This document shows positions 9,201 through 17,346 of a DNA stretch of 21,184 nt, one piece after another. The stretch is taken from contig WAPT01000014.1 of assembly GCA_015520605.1 (NCBI GenBank), positions 1-21,184 of the forward strand, given 5' to 3'. Made by a program: the position numbers and the translations under genes. Numbering within the stretch: position 1 is the first letter of the stretch; every line of letters starts with the position of its first letter. A model generated the notes under the pieces. The model was given only the letters and a program-made list of their open reading frames with translations, ran no database searches and was not told the DNA's origin. The DNA comes from Nanobdellati archaeon. Lineage in GTDB: Archaea > EX4484-52 > WAPT01.

Positions 9201-9817
9201 AGACTTTCCATCCTTTTCGGATAGTCCGGATGCTTATTTCTTCTATCAAGAAGCAAACCCTTTATCCCGCATGCTTCAGCAGCAAAAACATCATCCTTTA
9301 AAGAATCTCCAACCATGACCGCTTGAGACGGCTCAACCTTAAGCTTTTCAAGGGCTGTATTGAACATTATCGGAGATGGCTTTAGTTCGTGTATCTCGTA
9401 AGAAAGTACGCACGCGTCAAAAAGGTCAAGCACATTCTTCCATCTCTTTTTAAGCTCTTCAAACCCTTTTGAGTCTGTGTTGCTAACGATGCAAAGCTTG
9501 TAGCCCTCCTTCTTTAGCTGTTTTAGCACAGGAGGCACATCATCAAATGGTCTAGCGTGCACGCCGATGTTTGTGTAAAGTTGCTTTATCCTAAAGACTA
9601 GTTTATCGCTCATCTTCCCAAGCTCCTCAAGAAAGTTTCGAATGGCTTCATCTACATCATCGAGCGGGTAGAGCATGAAGTTTCGCTCAAAGACCTTGAT
9701 GTAGCTGTAATCATCACGGCTGTAACCCAGAATTCTGGCTATTTCCGGAATTGGTCTCGGATCAACATCATCATAAAAAAGTGTGCCCCAGCAGTCGAAG
9801 AGGACTGCTCGGATCAT
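9158..9817 (-). CDS. HAD-superfamily hydrolase
   Basis: Motif I FDCWGTL, motif II VSN, motif III KP, motif IV VGDSLKDD; 3' end overlaps the DUF123 gene by 43 nt. Confidence 0.9.
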   Translation of the reverse strand: MIRAVLFDCWGTLFYDDVDPRPIPEIARILGYSRDDYSYIKVFERNFMLYPLDDVDEAIRNFLEELGKMSDKLVFRIKQLYTNIGVHARPFDDVPPVLKQLKKEGYKLCIVSNTDSKGFEELKKRWKNVLDLFDACVLSYEIHELKPSPIMFNTALEKLKVEPSQAVMVGDSLKDDVFAAEACGIKGLLLDRRNKHPDYPKRMESLHEIWKFLGKEAPR

Positions 9818-9860
9818 GCAAAAAATTTATGTAGTAACAATTATTTTTAATTTAATTTGA

Positions 9861-10760
9861 TCAATCCACGACATTCAGGCCGAGATCCTCAGCATAACTA
9901 ACTGCTTTTTCCCATTCTTCCAGTTTTAGCGGTCTGCTTATATCCTCATACTCATGCGCTTTCCACTCCTGCCTGTACTGAGCCATGACATTCACAACAA
10001 CATTCCTGCCATTTATGTTCTCTGCAATCCATTCAAGCACGGGCTTTGTGCAGCATTCAAAGTGATTTGGCAGGACAAGATGTCTTATGCAAACATCAGC
10101 ATCCTCGGCAGCTTCCTTAAGGTTCCTTGTGACGGTGGCAAAATAATTCTTAACTTTTGATAAACGCAGAGCACACTCATCATTCCCGTACTTGAAATCA
10201 GGAAGATAGAGATCCACAACACCTTTTAGTAAGCTCATTGCTTTCTCGCTCATATAAAAGTTGGAATTCCACACAACAGGGGTGTGGACACTTTTTTCCT
10301 TCATTACCTGCAGTACTTTGAGTATGAACGGCAGATAAGGTGTGGGTTCACCACCAACAAAGTTGACATTCATTGCGTGTTGCTCTTTCCTTCTCGCTAT
10401 TATTTCAGCAAGAGCCTCCTCACTAACCCTTGTCCCGAACTCCAGCCAGTTCGAGATGGTGTAGTTCTGGCAGTAAACGCATGAAAGGTTGCAGCCCATA
10501 AAGAAGATGGTATGGGAAGGTACAAGGAAGTTCTCCTCACCATAGTGCAGGAACTCGCTGCTTATGTAAAGAAATGGTGGCGCTTTACACACACCCTTCT
10601 CGCCAGCGGTTCTGTTCACTCCACATCTGTGCTCGCAGAGCTCACAACTTTCAAGCAGCTTGAATGCTTCACTCGCTCTCTTCTCAAGATCAGCGCTCCA
10701 GAACCTCGGCTCTTCCTTTCCATCCCTCACAGCCACGTAATGTGGAAGTAACTCTCTCAT
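9861..10760 (-). CDS. Radical SAM protein, PflX-like (COG1313 type)
   Basis: CELCEHRCGVNR, HYGEE, GCNLSCVYCQN, VGGEPTP, YLPDFKYG, IRHLVLPNH. Start set at ATG 10760. Confidence 0.88.
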   Translation of the reverse strand: MRELLPHYVAVRDGKEEPRFWSADLEKRASEAFKLLESCELCEHRCGVNRTAGEKGVCKAPPFLYISSEFLHYGEENFLVPSHTIFFMGCNLSCVYCQNYTISNWLEFGTRVSEEALAEIIARRKEQHAMNVNFVGGEPTPYLPFILKVLQVMKEKSVHTPVVWNSNFYMSEKAMSLLKGVVDLYLPDFKYGNDECALRLSKVKNYFATVTRNLKEAAEDADVCIRHLVLPNHFECCTKPVLEWIAENINGRNVVVNVMAQYRQEWKAHEYEDISRPLKLEEWEKAVSYAEDLGLNVVD

Positions 10761-10784
10761 AGCGTTGAGTTGAGGAGGAACAAA

Positions 10785-10799
10785 GAAAAAGTTAAATAT
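10785..10799. promoter_or_regulatory. Probable bidirectional BRE/TATA element between the pflX-like gene and the RimK cluster
   Basis: GAAAAAGTTAAATAT, about 25 nt before ATG 10824 (+) and about 30 nt before ATG 10760 (-). Confidence 0.5.
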
Positions 10800-10823
10800 G
10801 TCTCGGGACAAAAACTTGTGGTG

Positions 10824-11252
10824 ATGATGGAGGAGGATGCCGACCATAATAGAACAGAAGGAAAAGAGGTTGTAGGGTTGATAACCAAGGTTAAGGTTCG
10901 CGGAAAAAACGGCGAGAGAGAGGTTCTGGCACTTTTTGATACGGGCGCCACAAGGACTTCTATAGATAAGAGGCTTGCTGAGGAGTTGCAGCTGGAAAGG
11001 AAGCGCAAAAAGGTGAAAGTAAAGTCAAAAACCATCCCGGAGGGCTATGTAACAAGGGGGATTTACGAGGCTGAGCTTGAGATAAATGGCAGGAAATTCA
11101 GAGTTGAGGCAAACGTAGCTGATAGGTCCAACGTGATGTGCCCCGTGCTTATAGGGAGAGATATCATCCACGGAAATTTCGTAATAGACGTTACGAAAAC
11201 GCACTTTTCCAACAAGCTGAAAGACATAAAGCCCGAACTCAGGGAGGAATGA
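10824..11252 (+). CDS. Retropepsin-like aspartic protease, RimK-associated (RimB-like) family
   Basis: ALFDTGATRTSID catalytic motif and ADRS...PVLIGRD...FVIDV C-terminal signature; start ATG 10824/10827 inferred from promoter spacing. Confidence 0.85.
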   Translation: MMEEDADHNRTEGKEVVGLITKVKVRGKNGEREVLALFDTGATRTSIDKRLAEELQLERKRKKVKVKSKTIPEGYVTRGIYEAELEINGRKFRVEANVADRSNVMCPVLIGRDIIHGNFVIDVTKTHFSNKLKDIKPELREE

Positions 11253-11255
11253 ATT

Positions 11256-12182
11256 ATGAAACTCTGTATTCTTGGGCCGGAATCCAAAAAGGACTATCAC
11301 CTTCGTCTAATAGAGCTTTCAAAGTATCATTTTGATAAGGTTTTGTATGCACCACTTTCAGGCGTGAGAATTGAGAGGGAAGGAGAGGAGTTCACACCGT
11401 ATTACAAGTCGGCATCACTTTACACCTTTGATGTTGTGCTCCCCCTCATCCCAAAGTCACTTGCTCACTTCGGTTATGCTGTCGTATCTCTTCTGGAAGA
11501 GCACGGAATCTTTACCCCCATAAGCAACAGATTTATATCTCATGCCTCCAACCCGTTCTTAATTGCGCTTCTCAACCAGAAGCTCGGTAATGCTGACTCA
11601 CCAATAAGAGTTTACCTTTCCGTCTCCAGAGACGCTCTAAACGCGATTCTACCGAAACTTAACTATCCTGTAAGGGTGTATATCCCTGAGGCAAAGAAGC
11701 AAGCATCCGCAACATTTGAATCTGAGGCAAGCCTGAAAAGCTTCCTTGACACGATAGAGTTGCTGGCACAGCCGATCATTCTGGAGGAAATAAAAACCTC
11801 AAAGAACCTGAGAGAGATGGATGTGCTCACCATAGGCAACAGAATTTTTGCCGTTCAGAAGGTGGGAAATGAAAAGAGAAGATGCAGAACATCGAAACAC
11901 ATACAGGGCTTTGTTCTAAGGATGGGGAAGATCCTTAAAACATCAATCTTTCAGGCGAGGATAATTGTTGAGAAAAATAGCATGTTTGTTAAGTCGCTCA
12001 ACACCTCCCCAGCTCTGAGTAGATTCGAGGATGTTTTCGGCAAAGGTATGGTAGAAGATTTAATAGCTTTCCTATCCAAAGAATGTGAGGAGTTCTACAG
12101 GAGGCATGCCCTGCTGACCTTCGTGGACAGGTTGGTGGAGCATCTGAGAACAATGGGAGGCAGACACTTCTCAAAAAGGTGA
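11256..12182 (+). CDS. RimK-like ATP-grasp paralogue with degenerate catalytic motifs
   Basis: RimK-type N-domain (MKLCILG...FDVVLPLI) and colinearity with the downstream RimK, but key residues are replaced: YPVRVY, ILEE, EMDVL, FQARII, KSLNTSPA. Confidence 0.7.
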   Translation: MKLCILGPESKKDYHLRLIELSKYHFDKVLYAPLSGVRIEREGEEFTPYYKSASLYTFDVVLPLIPKSLAHFGYAVVSLLEEHGIFTPISNRFISHASNPFLIALLNQKLGNADSPIRVYLSVSRDALNAILPKLNYPVRVYIPEAKKQASATFESEASLKSFLDTIELLAQPIILEEIKTSKNLREMDVLTIGNRIFAVQKVGNEKRRCRTSKHIQGFVLRMGKILKTSIFQARIIVEKNSMFVKSLNTSPALSRFEDVFGKGMVEDLIAFLSKECEEFYRRHALLTFVDRLVEHLRTMGGRHFSKR

Positions 12183-13066
12183 TCATGAAGATGGTTGAGG
12201 TACTTGTGGTGCATCCGAAATCAAAGTCCAAAACAACAGAGCTCATTCTGGAAGCGATGAGGAAACCTTTTGATGTGGTCAACTTGGCTCTCGATGATAT
12301 TGTTGTGGTCTCGCATACTGGCGGAGTGGAGATAAGGTCAAATGGTAGAGAGCTTAATAATGTTGACTACTTTTTTCCCAGAATAGATGGGAAGAGAGTA
12401 TTGCATGGGTACAACGTTGTAAAAGCATATGATTATCTCGGCATTAAACATCCCTATCCTGCAGAAACTCTCAGGATAGCTCACGACAAGTTCCTGACCA
12501 CGCTTGTTCTTGGGAATGCTGGCCTACCTGTACCAAGAACTTTTGCTCTAAAATCAGGAAGCGGGTTGAAGAAGGTAAAGGCAAGACTGAACTTTCCTGT
12601 GGTTGTGAAGATAATATCTGGTGCTGGTGGGAAGGGTGTGATGTTCGCCAATAGCGAAGAGGAGCTTGCAGCCATGGTAGGCTCGATGGAAGCTCTCAAC
12701 CAGGAGATAGTTCTGCAGGAGTTCATACCAAACAAAGGAGAAGATATAAGGATACTTGTATTAGGTGAAGAGGTCGCTGCTGCTATGAAAAGGATAGCGC
12801 CAAAAAGTGATAAACGTGCTAACATCTCAGGGGGAGGAAAAGCCGTATCCTATGATCCCCCTGATGAAGTGAAAGAGATCGCAATAAAAGCTTCTGAGAC
12901 TCTGGAAGCAAGAATTCTCGCTGTCGATATAATAATTGATACGGACGGCAATCCTTGGATCATAGAGGTCAATGTAAACCCCGGAATAAGGGGCCTTATG
13001 AAGGCTACAGACAAAAACATAGCCAGAATGATAGCGGAGTTTGTTGAGAGAGAGATCAAGAGTTAA
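12179..13066 (+). CDS. rimK: RimK-family ATP-grasp alpha-L-glutamate ligase
   Basis: HDKF, GLPVPRT, PVVVK..GAGGKGV, LQEFI, DIRILV, RANISGGG, AVDII, IIEVNVNPG are all intact; GTGA start/stop overlap with the upstream gene. Confidence 0.9.
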   Translation: MIMKMVEVLVVHPKSKSKTTELILEAMRKPFDVVNLALDDIVVVSHTGGVEIRSNGRELNNVDYFFPRIDGKRVLHGYNVVKAYDYLGIKHPYPAETLRIAHDKFLTTLVLGNAGLPVPRTFALKSGSGLKKVKARLNFPVVVKIISGAGGKGVMFANSEEELAAMVGSMEALNQEIVLQEFIPNKGEDIRILVLGEEVAAAMKRIAPKSDKRANISGGGKAVSYDPPDEVKEIAIKASETLEARILAVDIIIDTDGNPWIIEVNVNPGIRGLMKATDKNIARMIAEFVEREIKS

Positions 13067-13102
13067 ATTAATTTTAATTCTTCTCTTTGAGAATTGTTCT
13101 TC

Positions 13103-13840
13103 ATGAGGAAAGAAAACTTGCGGGTGGGATGCTGCGGATGGGGATTCTTTAATCCTAAAAAGCTGATGGGGGAAGACTGGAAAACTAAATACAGAAGCGT
13201 GCTTCAGGCTTACGCATCACTCTTCAATAGTGTGGAGGTCAACTCGACCTTTTACAGACTGCCAAAACCATCAACAGCAAGAAAGTGGTTTGAGGAAGCA
13301 AGAGAAGTTAATGCTGAATTTGAATTTACCGTCAAAGTACATCAGGACATAACCCACAAGCTGAAATTTGGAAAGGAAAGCGTTGAAGTGTTCAACAGAG
13401 TAAAAGAAATTGCGAGGAGTCTTGATGCAAAGGTTCTTGTGTTTCAGACAGCAGCCAGCTTTAGGCCAACGGAGGAAAACATAAGCAGAGTTGAAGATTT
13501 CTTTAGCTCAATAGACAGGGAAGATTTCATTCTTGTATGGGAGGTGAGGTGGCAGGAAGTATGGACAAAAGATATCGTCTCTGATTTATTCAGCAGACTT
13601 GATGTTGATCAGGTCGTTGATCCCCTCCGCCAGGAAATCTTTTATGCGAAAAGGTTGCACTATTTCCGCCTTCATGGCTTTGGGAACAGGATGTACGATT
13701 ACAAGTTCGGCGATGATGAACTTGAGAGATTAAGAGAAATTGTGGGAAGCTCTCTAAAGCTCAACGTAAAGGTTTACGTGTTCTTCAACAACTATAACAT
13801 GTATGAAGATGCTCTCAGGTTCATGAAGCTGATGAGGTAA
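13103..13840 (+). CDS. DUF72 (YecE-like) TIM-barrel protein
   Basis: VGCCGW, VEVNSTFY.LP, FTVK..Q.ITH, WEVR, YFRLHG, YVFFNN. Confidence 0.9.
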   Translation: MRKENLRVGCCGWGFFNPKKLMGEDWKTKYRSVLQAYASLFNSVEVNSTFYRLPKPSTARKWFEEAREVNAEFEFTVKVHQDITHKLKFGKESVEVFNRVKEIARSLDAKVLVFQTAASFRPTEENISRVEDFFSSIDREDFILVWEVRWQEVWTKDIVSDLFSRLDVDQVVDPLRQEIFYAKRLHYFRLHGFGNRMYDYKFGDDELERLREIVGSSLKLNVKVYVFFNNYNMYEDALRFMKLMR

Positions 13841-13845
13841 GTCAG

Positions 13846-15117
13846 ATGGGATCGGTGGTTGAAAAATATAAGGAAATTGATGAAAAACTCAGGGAACATA
13901 AAAAGTTCAGTGCAGGGATCCTTAAACTCCTGGAGCCAGTCAACCTTAGTGAGGAGAAGGAAAAGTTTATGCGAACTGGAGAGGAGCCCAAATTTAAGTA
14001 CCCGTTTGTTCTCTTCAACCCTAGAGACACCATAAAAAGATTATGCGAACTTAAGGTGCCGGAGGGTGAGCTTCACGAAATTTATGCGAACAAAATAGAG
14101 GAGCTGATAAATCTCGCATACATCATCCTACACCGTGGGGAGAGAAATGAGGTGCTTGAATACAGCACAAAGGTTTACGGAAAGCCATCTCCTGCACTTG
14201 TCCGAGAAGCGCTTAACATAATGAAAAATACTGCTGGTAAGAGACCTTCCCCAACCCGCTATGGTAAAAAGTATGATTGTAGATATGCCAAAACGCTCTT
14301 CGAGGAGACGATAAGGAATTACGGTATTAAAGGGTGGATTGTTGAGCTGAGCAGAAAGACTCTCGTTACAGTTATGCCTCTCGAAAAGAAAGTGCTTGTA
14401 CCTTATGGCAGGGAATTCACAACCTATGAATTGAGGAGGTTAGTGGTGCACGAGGTGGGGGTGCACGTTCTTAGAGCTGAAAACGGGCATAACCAGCCAC
14501 TGCACATATTTGCAAGCGGATTCCCGAACAACACGGAAACTGAGGAAGGGCTTGCAGTCTACATGGAAAAAGCAACCAAATTGCTAGAGAGAGAAAGGCT
14601 GAGAAACTACGCAGGTAGGGTTATAGCGGTGGATATGGTGGTGAAAGGTTACACATTTTCCGAGACGTTCAGCAAACTTAAAGAGCTCGGATTTAATGAT
14701 GATGATGCCTTCACTTTGACCTTCCGTGCGTTCAGAGGAGGAGCTTTCACCAAAGATTACCTGTATCTTAAAGGTTTGCTGGAAATTGAAAGGATTGCAA
14801 AGCGTAGAGGTGTGTTAAAACTTCTGTATCTGGGTAGAGTTACGTACCCATATCTGGAAACGCTGCAGAACCTCCTAGAGAACAGGGAGATAAAAGCTCC
14901 ATTTTACATGCCAAAGGGTATGAGGAGCCTTGCACGGGCGGAAAACTTATTAAAGCATGCGGAAACATTGATTAGAAGAGTCATCAGGAGATCGATAAAA
15001 TCGCTGCCAGAGCTTCCAAAGCTGGAGGTGATTGACAGTGAGGTTGGGAGAAAAATTACTCATGACCTCCGCGCTGCCTTACGGAAATGGCGAGCCACAC
15101 TTCGGACACGTGTATGA
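13846..15117 (+). CDS. DUF1704-family (MATCAP/TMCP-like) zinc carboxypeptidase
   Basis: LVVHEVGVHVLRAENG (HExxxH), TEEGLA, RAFRGG.FTKDYLYL.G, LYLGRV; basic C-terminal extension overlapping metG. Confidence 0.85.
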   Translation: MGSVVEKYKEIDEKLREHKKFSAGILKLLEPVNLSEEKEKFMRTGEEPKFKYPFVLFNPRDTIKRLCELKVPEGELHEIYANKIEELINLAYIILHRGERNEVLEYSTKVYGKPSPALVREALNIMKNTAGKRPSPTRYGKKYDCRYAKTLFEETIRNYGIKGWIVELSRKTLVTVMPLEKKVLVPYGREFTTYELRRLVVHEVGVHVLRAENGHNQPLHIFASGFPNNTETEEGLAVYMEKATKLLERERLRNYAGRVIAVDMVVKGYTFSETFSKLKELGFNDDDAFTLTFRAFRGGAFTKDYLYLKGLLEIERIAKRRGVLKLLYLGRVTYPYLETLQNLLENREIKAPFYMPKGMRSLARAENLLKHAETLIRRVIRRSIKSLPELPKLEVIDSEVGRKITHDLRAALRKWRATLRTRV

Positions 15118-16660
15118 GTTCATAATAACTGACATTATGGCCAGATTTTACAGACTCACCGGAAGGGACGTAATTTATGTGTGTGCTACTGATGCTCACG
15201 GCACACCGATAGAGATAAATGCGATGAAAGCTGGAAAGGATCCGCTAAGCTTTGTTATGGAGAATCATGAGAAGTTCAAGAAAATGTTTGAGTTTTTCCT
15301 GATAAGCCTTGACAACTACCACATAACACACAGCGAGGAAAACGAGAAAATAGCACATGAAATGTTCAAGAAAGCTCTGGAAAACGGATACATCTACACA
15401 AAGGAAATCGATCTACTTTTTTGCGAGAAATGCAACCGCTTCCTTCCCGACAGGTATGTTAGGGGAACATGTCCAAAATGCGGGGCTGAAGATCAGTACG
15501 GGGATGTATGCGAGAAGTGCGGAGCAACTTACACACCCTTCCAGCTTAAGAATCCAAAATGCGCTTTATGCGGGAGCAAACCAGTAATAATGAAAAGCAA
15601 ACACTACTTTTTCAAGCTGAGCGCTTTTGAAGGGAAGCTGAAGGCTTGGATTCAAAACGCTCCGCTTCAGCAAGAGGTTAAAAACTACGTGCTGGACTGG
15701 ATAGAAAAGGGACTTGAGGACTGGTGCATCTCAAGAGATGGTCCTTACTTTGGATTCAAAGTCCCGGGAGAAGAAAACAAGTACCTCTATGTGTGGTGGG
15801 ATGCTCCAATCGGGTACATAGCCTCAACAGCGAACTACTGCAAAAAAGCTGGATGTGACTGGGAAAAAATATGGAAGGGCACATGTGGAGAGTTTCAGAT
15901 TGTGCATACGATAGGGAAAGATATAATTTACTTCCACTATCTCTTCTGGCCGGCAATGCTAATGGCCACGGAATTTAAGCTTCCAACATACATTCACACT
16001 CATGGCTTCCTTACAGTAAACGGGGAGAAAATGAGCAAGAGCAGAGGTACATTTATCACGGCTAAAGACTACATGGAGAAGATCGGAAACCCCGAGTACT
16101 TGAGATTCTACTTTGCAAGCCACACCTCAAGTGGGATAACTGACATAGATCTGAGCAGGGAAGCTTTCCTGACAGCTGTGAACAGCGTGCTTGTCGGCAA
16201 CATAATGAACTTTGTTTACAGAGCACTCACGCTTCTGTATCGTTACTTTGAGGGGAAAACGATAAGTGCTTCTACTTACGATATGGAGGAGCTCGTTGAG
16301 GTGAAGAACATCCTTGAAAGAATAAGGGAGGCGTATGAAAACTGGAACATAAGGGAGGTTGTGGAGTGTGTGGATGGAATCGCGTCCATCGGAAATGCAT
16401 ACCTTCAAAAGAAGGAGCCGTGGAAGCTCGTTAGGGAAAACAAAGAAAAAGCTCATGAAGTCATAGCACAAGCTCTGAACATGGCCAAGGATATCTGCAT
16501 AGCTCTGTTCCCGATCCTGCCTTCAGCGTGCGGGAAAGCGCTGAAAATAATGAACCTTGAGGAGAGCTGGAACCTTATTGGAAAAGAGCTGGAGAATGGG
16601 CACATTATAAATAAGCCAGAGCCACTGATTCCCAAGATTGAGGACTTCCAGCTGTTTTAA
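15038..16660 (+). CDS. metG: Methionyl-tRNA synthetase, short form lacking the C-terminal tRNA-binding domain
   Basis: TSALPYGNGEPHFGH (HIGH-like), ATDAHGTPI, four CxxC (two zinc knuckles), YVWWDAPIGY, GKDI, KMSKS. SD GGAGGTGA at 15024-15031 favours GTG 15038 (TTG 15032 is an alternative). Confidence 0.95.
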   Translation: MRLGEKLLMTSALPYGNGEPHFGHVYEFIITDIMARFYRLTGRDVIYVCATDAHGTPIEINAMKAGKDPLSFVMENHEKFKKMFEFFLISLDNYHITHSEENEKIAHEMFKKALENGYIYTKEIDLLFCEKCNRFLPDRYVRGTCPKCGAEDQYGDVCEKCGATYTPFQLKNPKCALCGSKPVIMKSKHYFFKLSAFEGKLKAWIQNAPLQQEVKNYVLDWIEKGLEDWCISRDGPYFGFKVPGEENKYLYVWWDAPIGYIASTANYCKKAGCDWEKIWKGTCGEFQIVHTIGKDIIYFHYLFWPAMLMATEFKLPTYIHTHGFLTVNGEKMSKSRGTFITAKDYMEKIGNPEYLRFYFASHTSSGITDIDLSREAFLTAVNSVLVGNIMNFVYRALTLLYRYFEGKTISASTYDMEELVEVKNILERIREAYENWNIREVVECVDGIASIGNAYLQKKEPWKLVRENKEKAHEVIAQALNMAKDICIALFPILPSACGKALKIMNLEESWNLIGKELENGHIINKPEPLIPKIEDFQLF

Positions 16661-16725
16661 GGAGAAGCAAAGACATCCTGCTTAATTTTTTAAAAAGTTA
16701 TTATCTAAACAAATTTGTCACACCA

Positions 16726-16743
16726 CCACAACTCCCACAACTC
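16726..16743 (+). repeat. 9-bp tandem duplication (CCACAACTC x2) just upstream of tRNA-Val
   Basis: CCACAACTC at 16726-16734 and 16735-16743. Confidence 0.6.
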
Positions 16744-16749
16744 TACTGT

Positions 16750-16825
16750 GGGCCGGTGGTCTAGGGGTTATGACGCTCCCCTGACGCGGGAGAGATCCCA
16801 GGTTCGATTCCTGGCCGGCCCACCA
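16750..16825 (+). tRNA. tRNA-Val(GAC), intronless, CCA encoded
   Basis: Acceptor GGGCCGG/CCGGCCC, anticodon arm CTCCC-CTGACGC-GGGAG, T arm CCAGG-TTCGATT-CCTGG, 3' ACCA; 76 nt. Confidence 0.97.
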
Positions 16826-16861
16826 GTTACTGCAACTCTGCAAGAGGTGTGGAACAAGGTT

Positions 16862-17341
16862 ATGAATATCGTGATAAGAGAAGCTGATGAAGACGACTCG
16901 GATCGCATAGCGGATCTTCTCCTTAAAATGCAGGACGAGGAGAAGAAATTTGACCCTCTCCTGAAGAGCTCTTCCAGCCACGAAATGCAGGAATCCGCAA
17001 AGCGATATGCTCACAACGCTGTTAAAAATAACGATAGGATAACTCTTGTTGCTGAAGTTGACAACAGGGTTGTAGGATTTATTATAGCTAAGATATTTAC
17101 CTATGGCGGGATATACGATAAAGAGAGAGCAATCTACATCAGCGATCTGTATACGGAAAAAGAATACAGAGGTAAAGGAATAGGTTCCATGCTTCTACAT
17201 GCTTTGGAAGATGAAGCAAGGAAAAGAGATATTAGGATTCTTGAGCTTGATACCTATGCAGAAAGCGAGAACTCCATTCAGTTCTACAGCAGGCGAGGGT
17301 ACAAAGCTGTGGATATCAGGATGAGGAAAGTCCTGGGATAA
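16862..17341 (+). CDS. GNAT-family N-acetyltransferase
   Basis: IREA, LVAE...VVGF, ISDLY...YRGKGIGSMLL, N..SIQFY.RRGY. The ORF-track extension to 16715 runs through the tRNA and is rejected. Confidence 0.9.
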   Translation: MNIVIREADEDDSDRIADLLLKMQDEEKKFDPLLKSSSSHEMQESAKRYAHNAVKNNDRITLVAEVDNRVVGFIIAKIFTYGGIYDKERAIYISDLYTEKEYRGKGIGSMLLHALEDEARKRDIRILELDTYAESENSIQFYSRRGYKAVDIRMRKVLG

Positions 17342-17346
17342 AAACC

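Noticed and set aside
10761-10847. His-rich N-terminal extension of the PflX-like ORF and head-to-head overlap with the protease
   Set aside because: Artefact of longest-ORF calling; ATG 10760 and ATG 10824 flank a shared promoter without overlap.
16750-16825. tRNA-Val as mis-specified (Ala-like GGGCCGG acceptor) or as an attL/attR integration site
   Set aside because: The pair is G3:C70, not G3:U70, with a normal Val anticodon and A73. No duplicate tRNA 3' end or integrase is seen in the window.
16715-16861. N-terminal extension of the GNAT ORF (MSHHHNSH...)
   Set aside because: It runs through tRNA-Val; the GNAT fold starts at ATG 16862.
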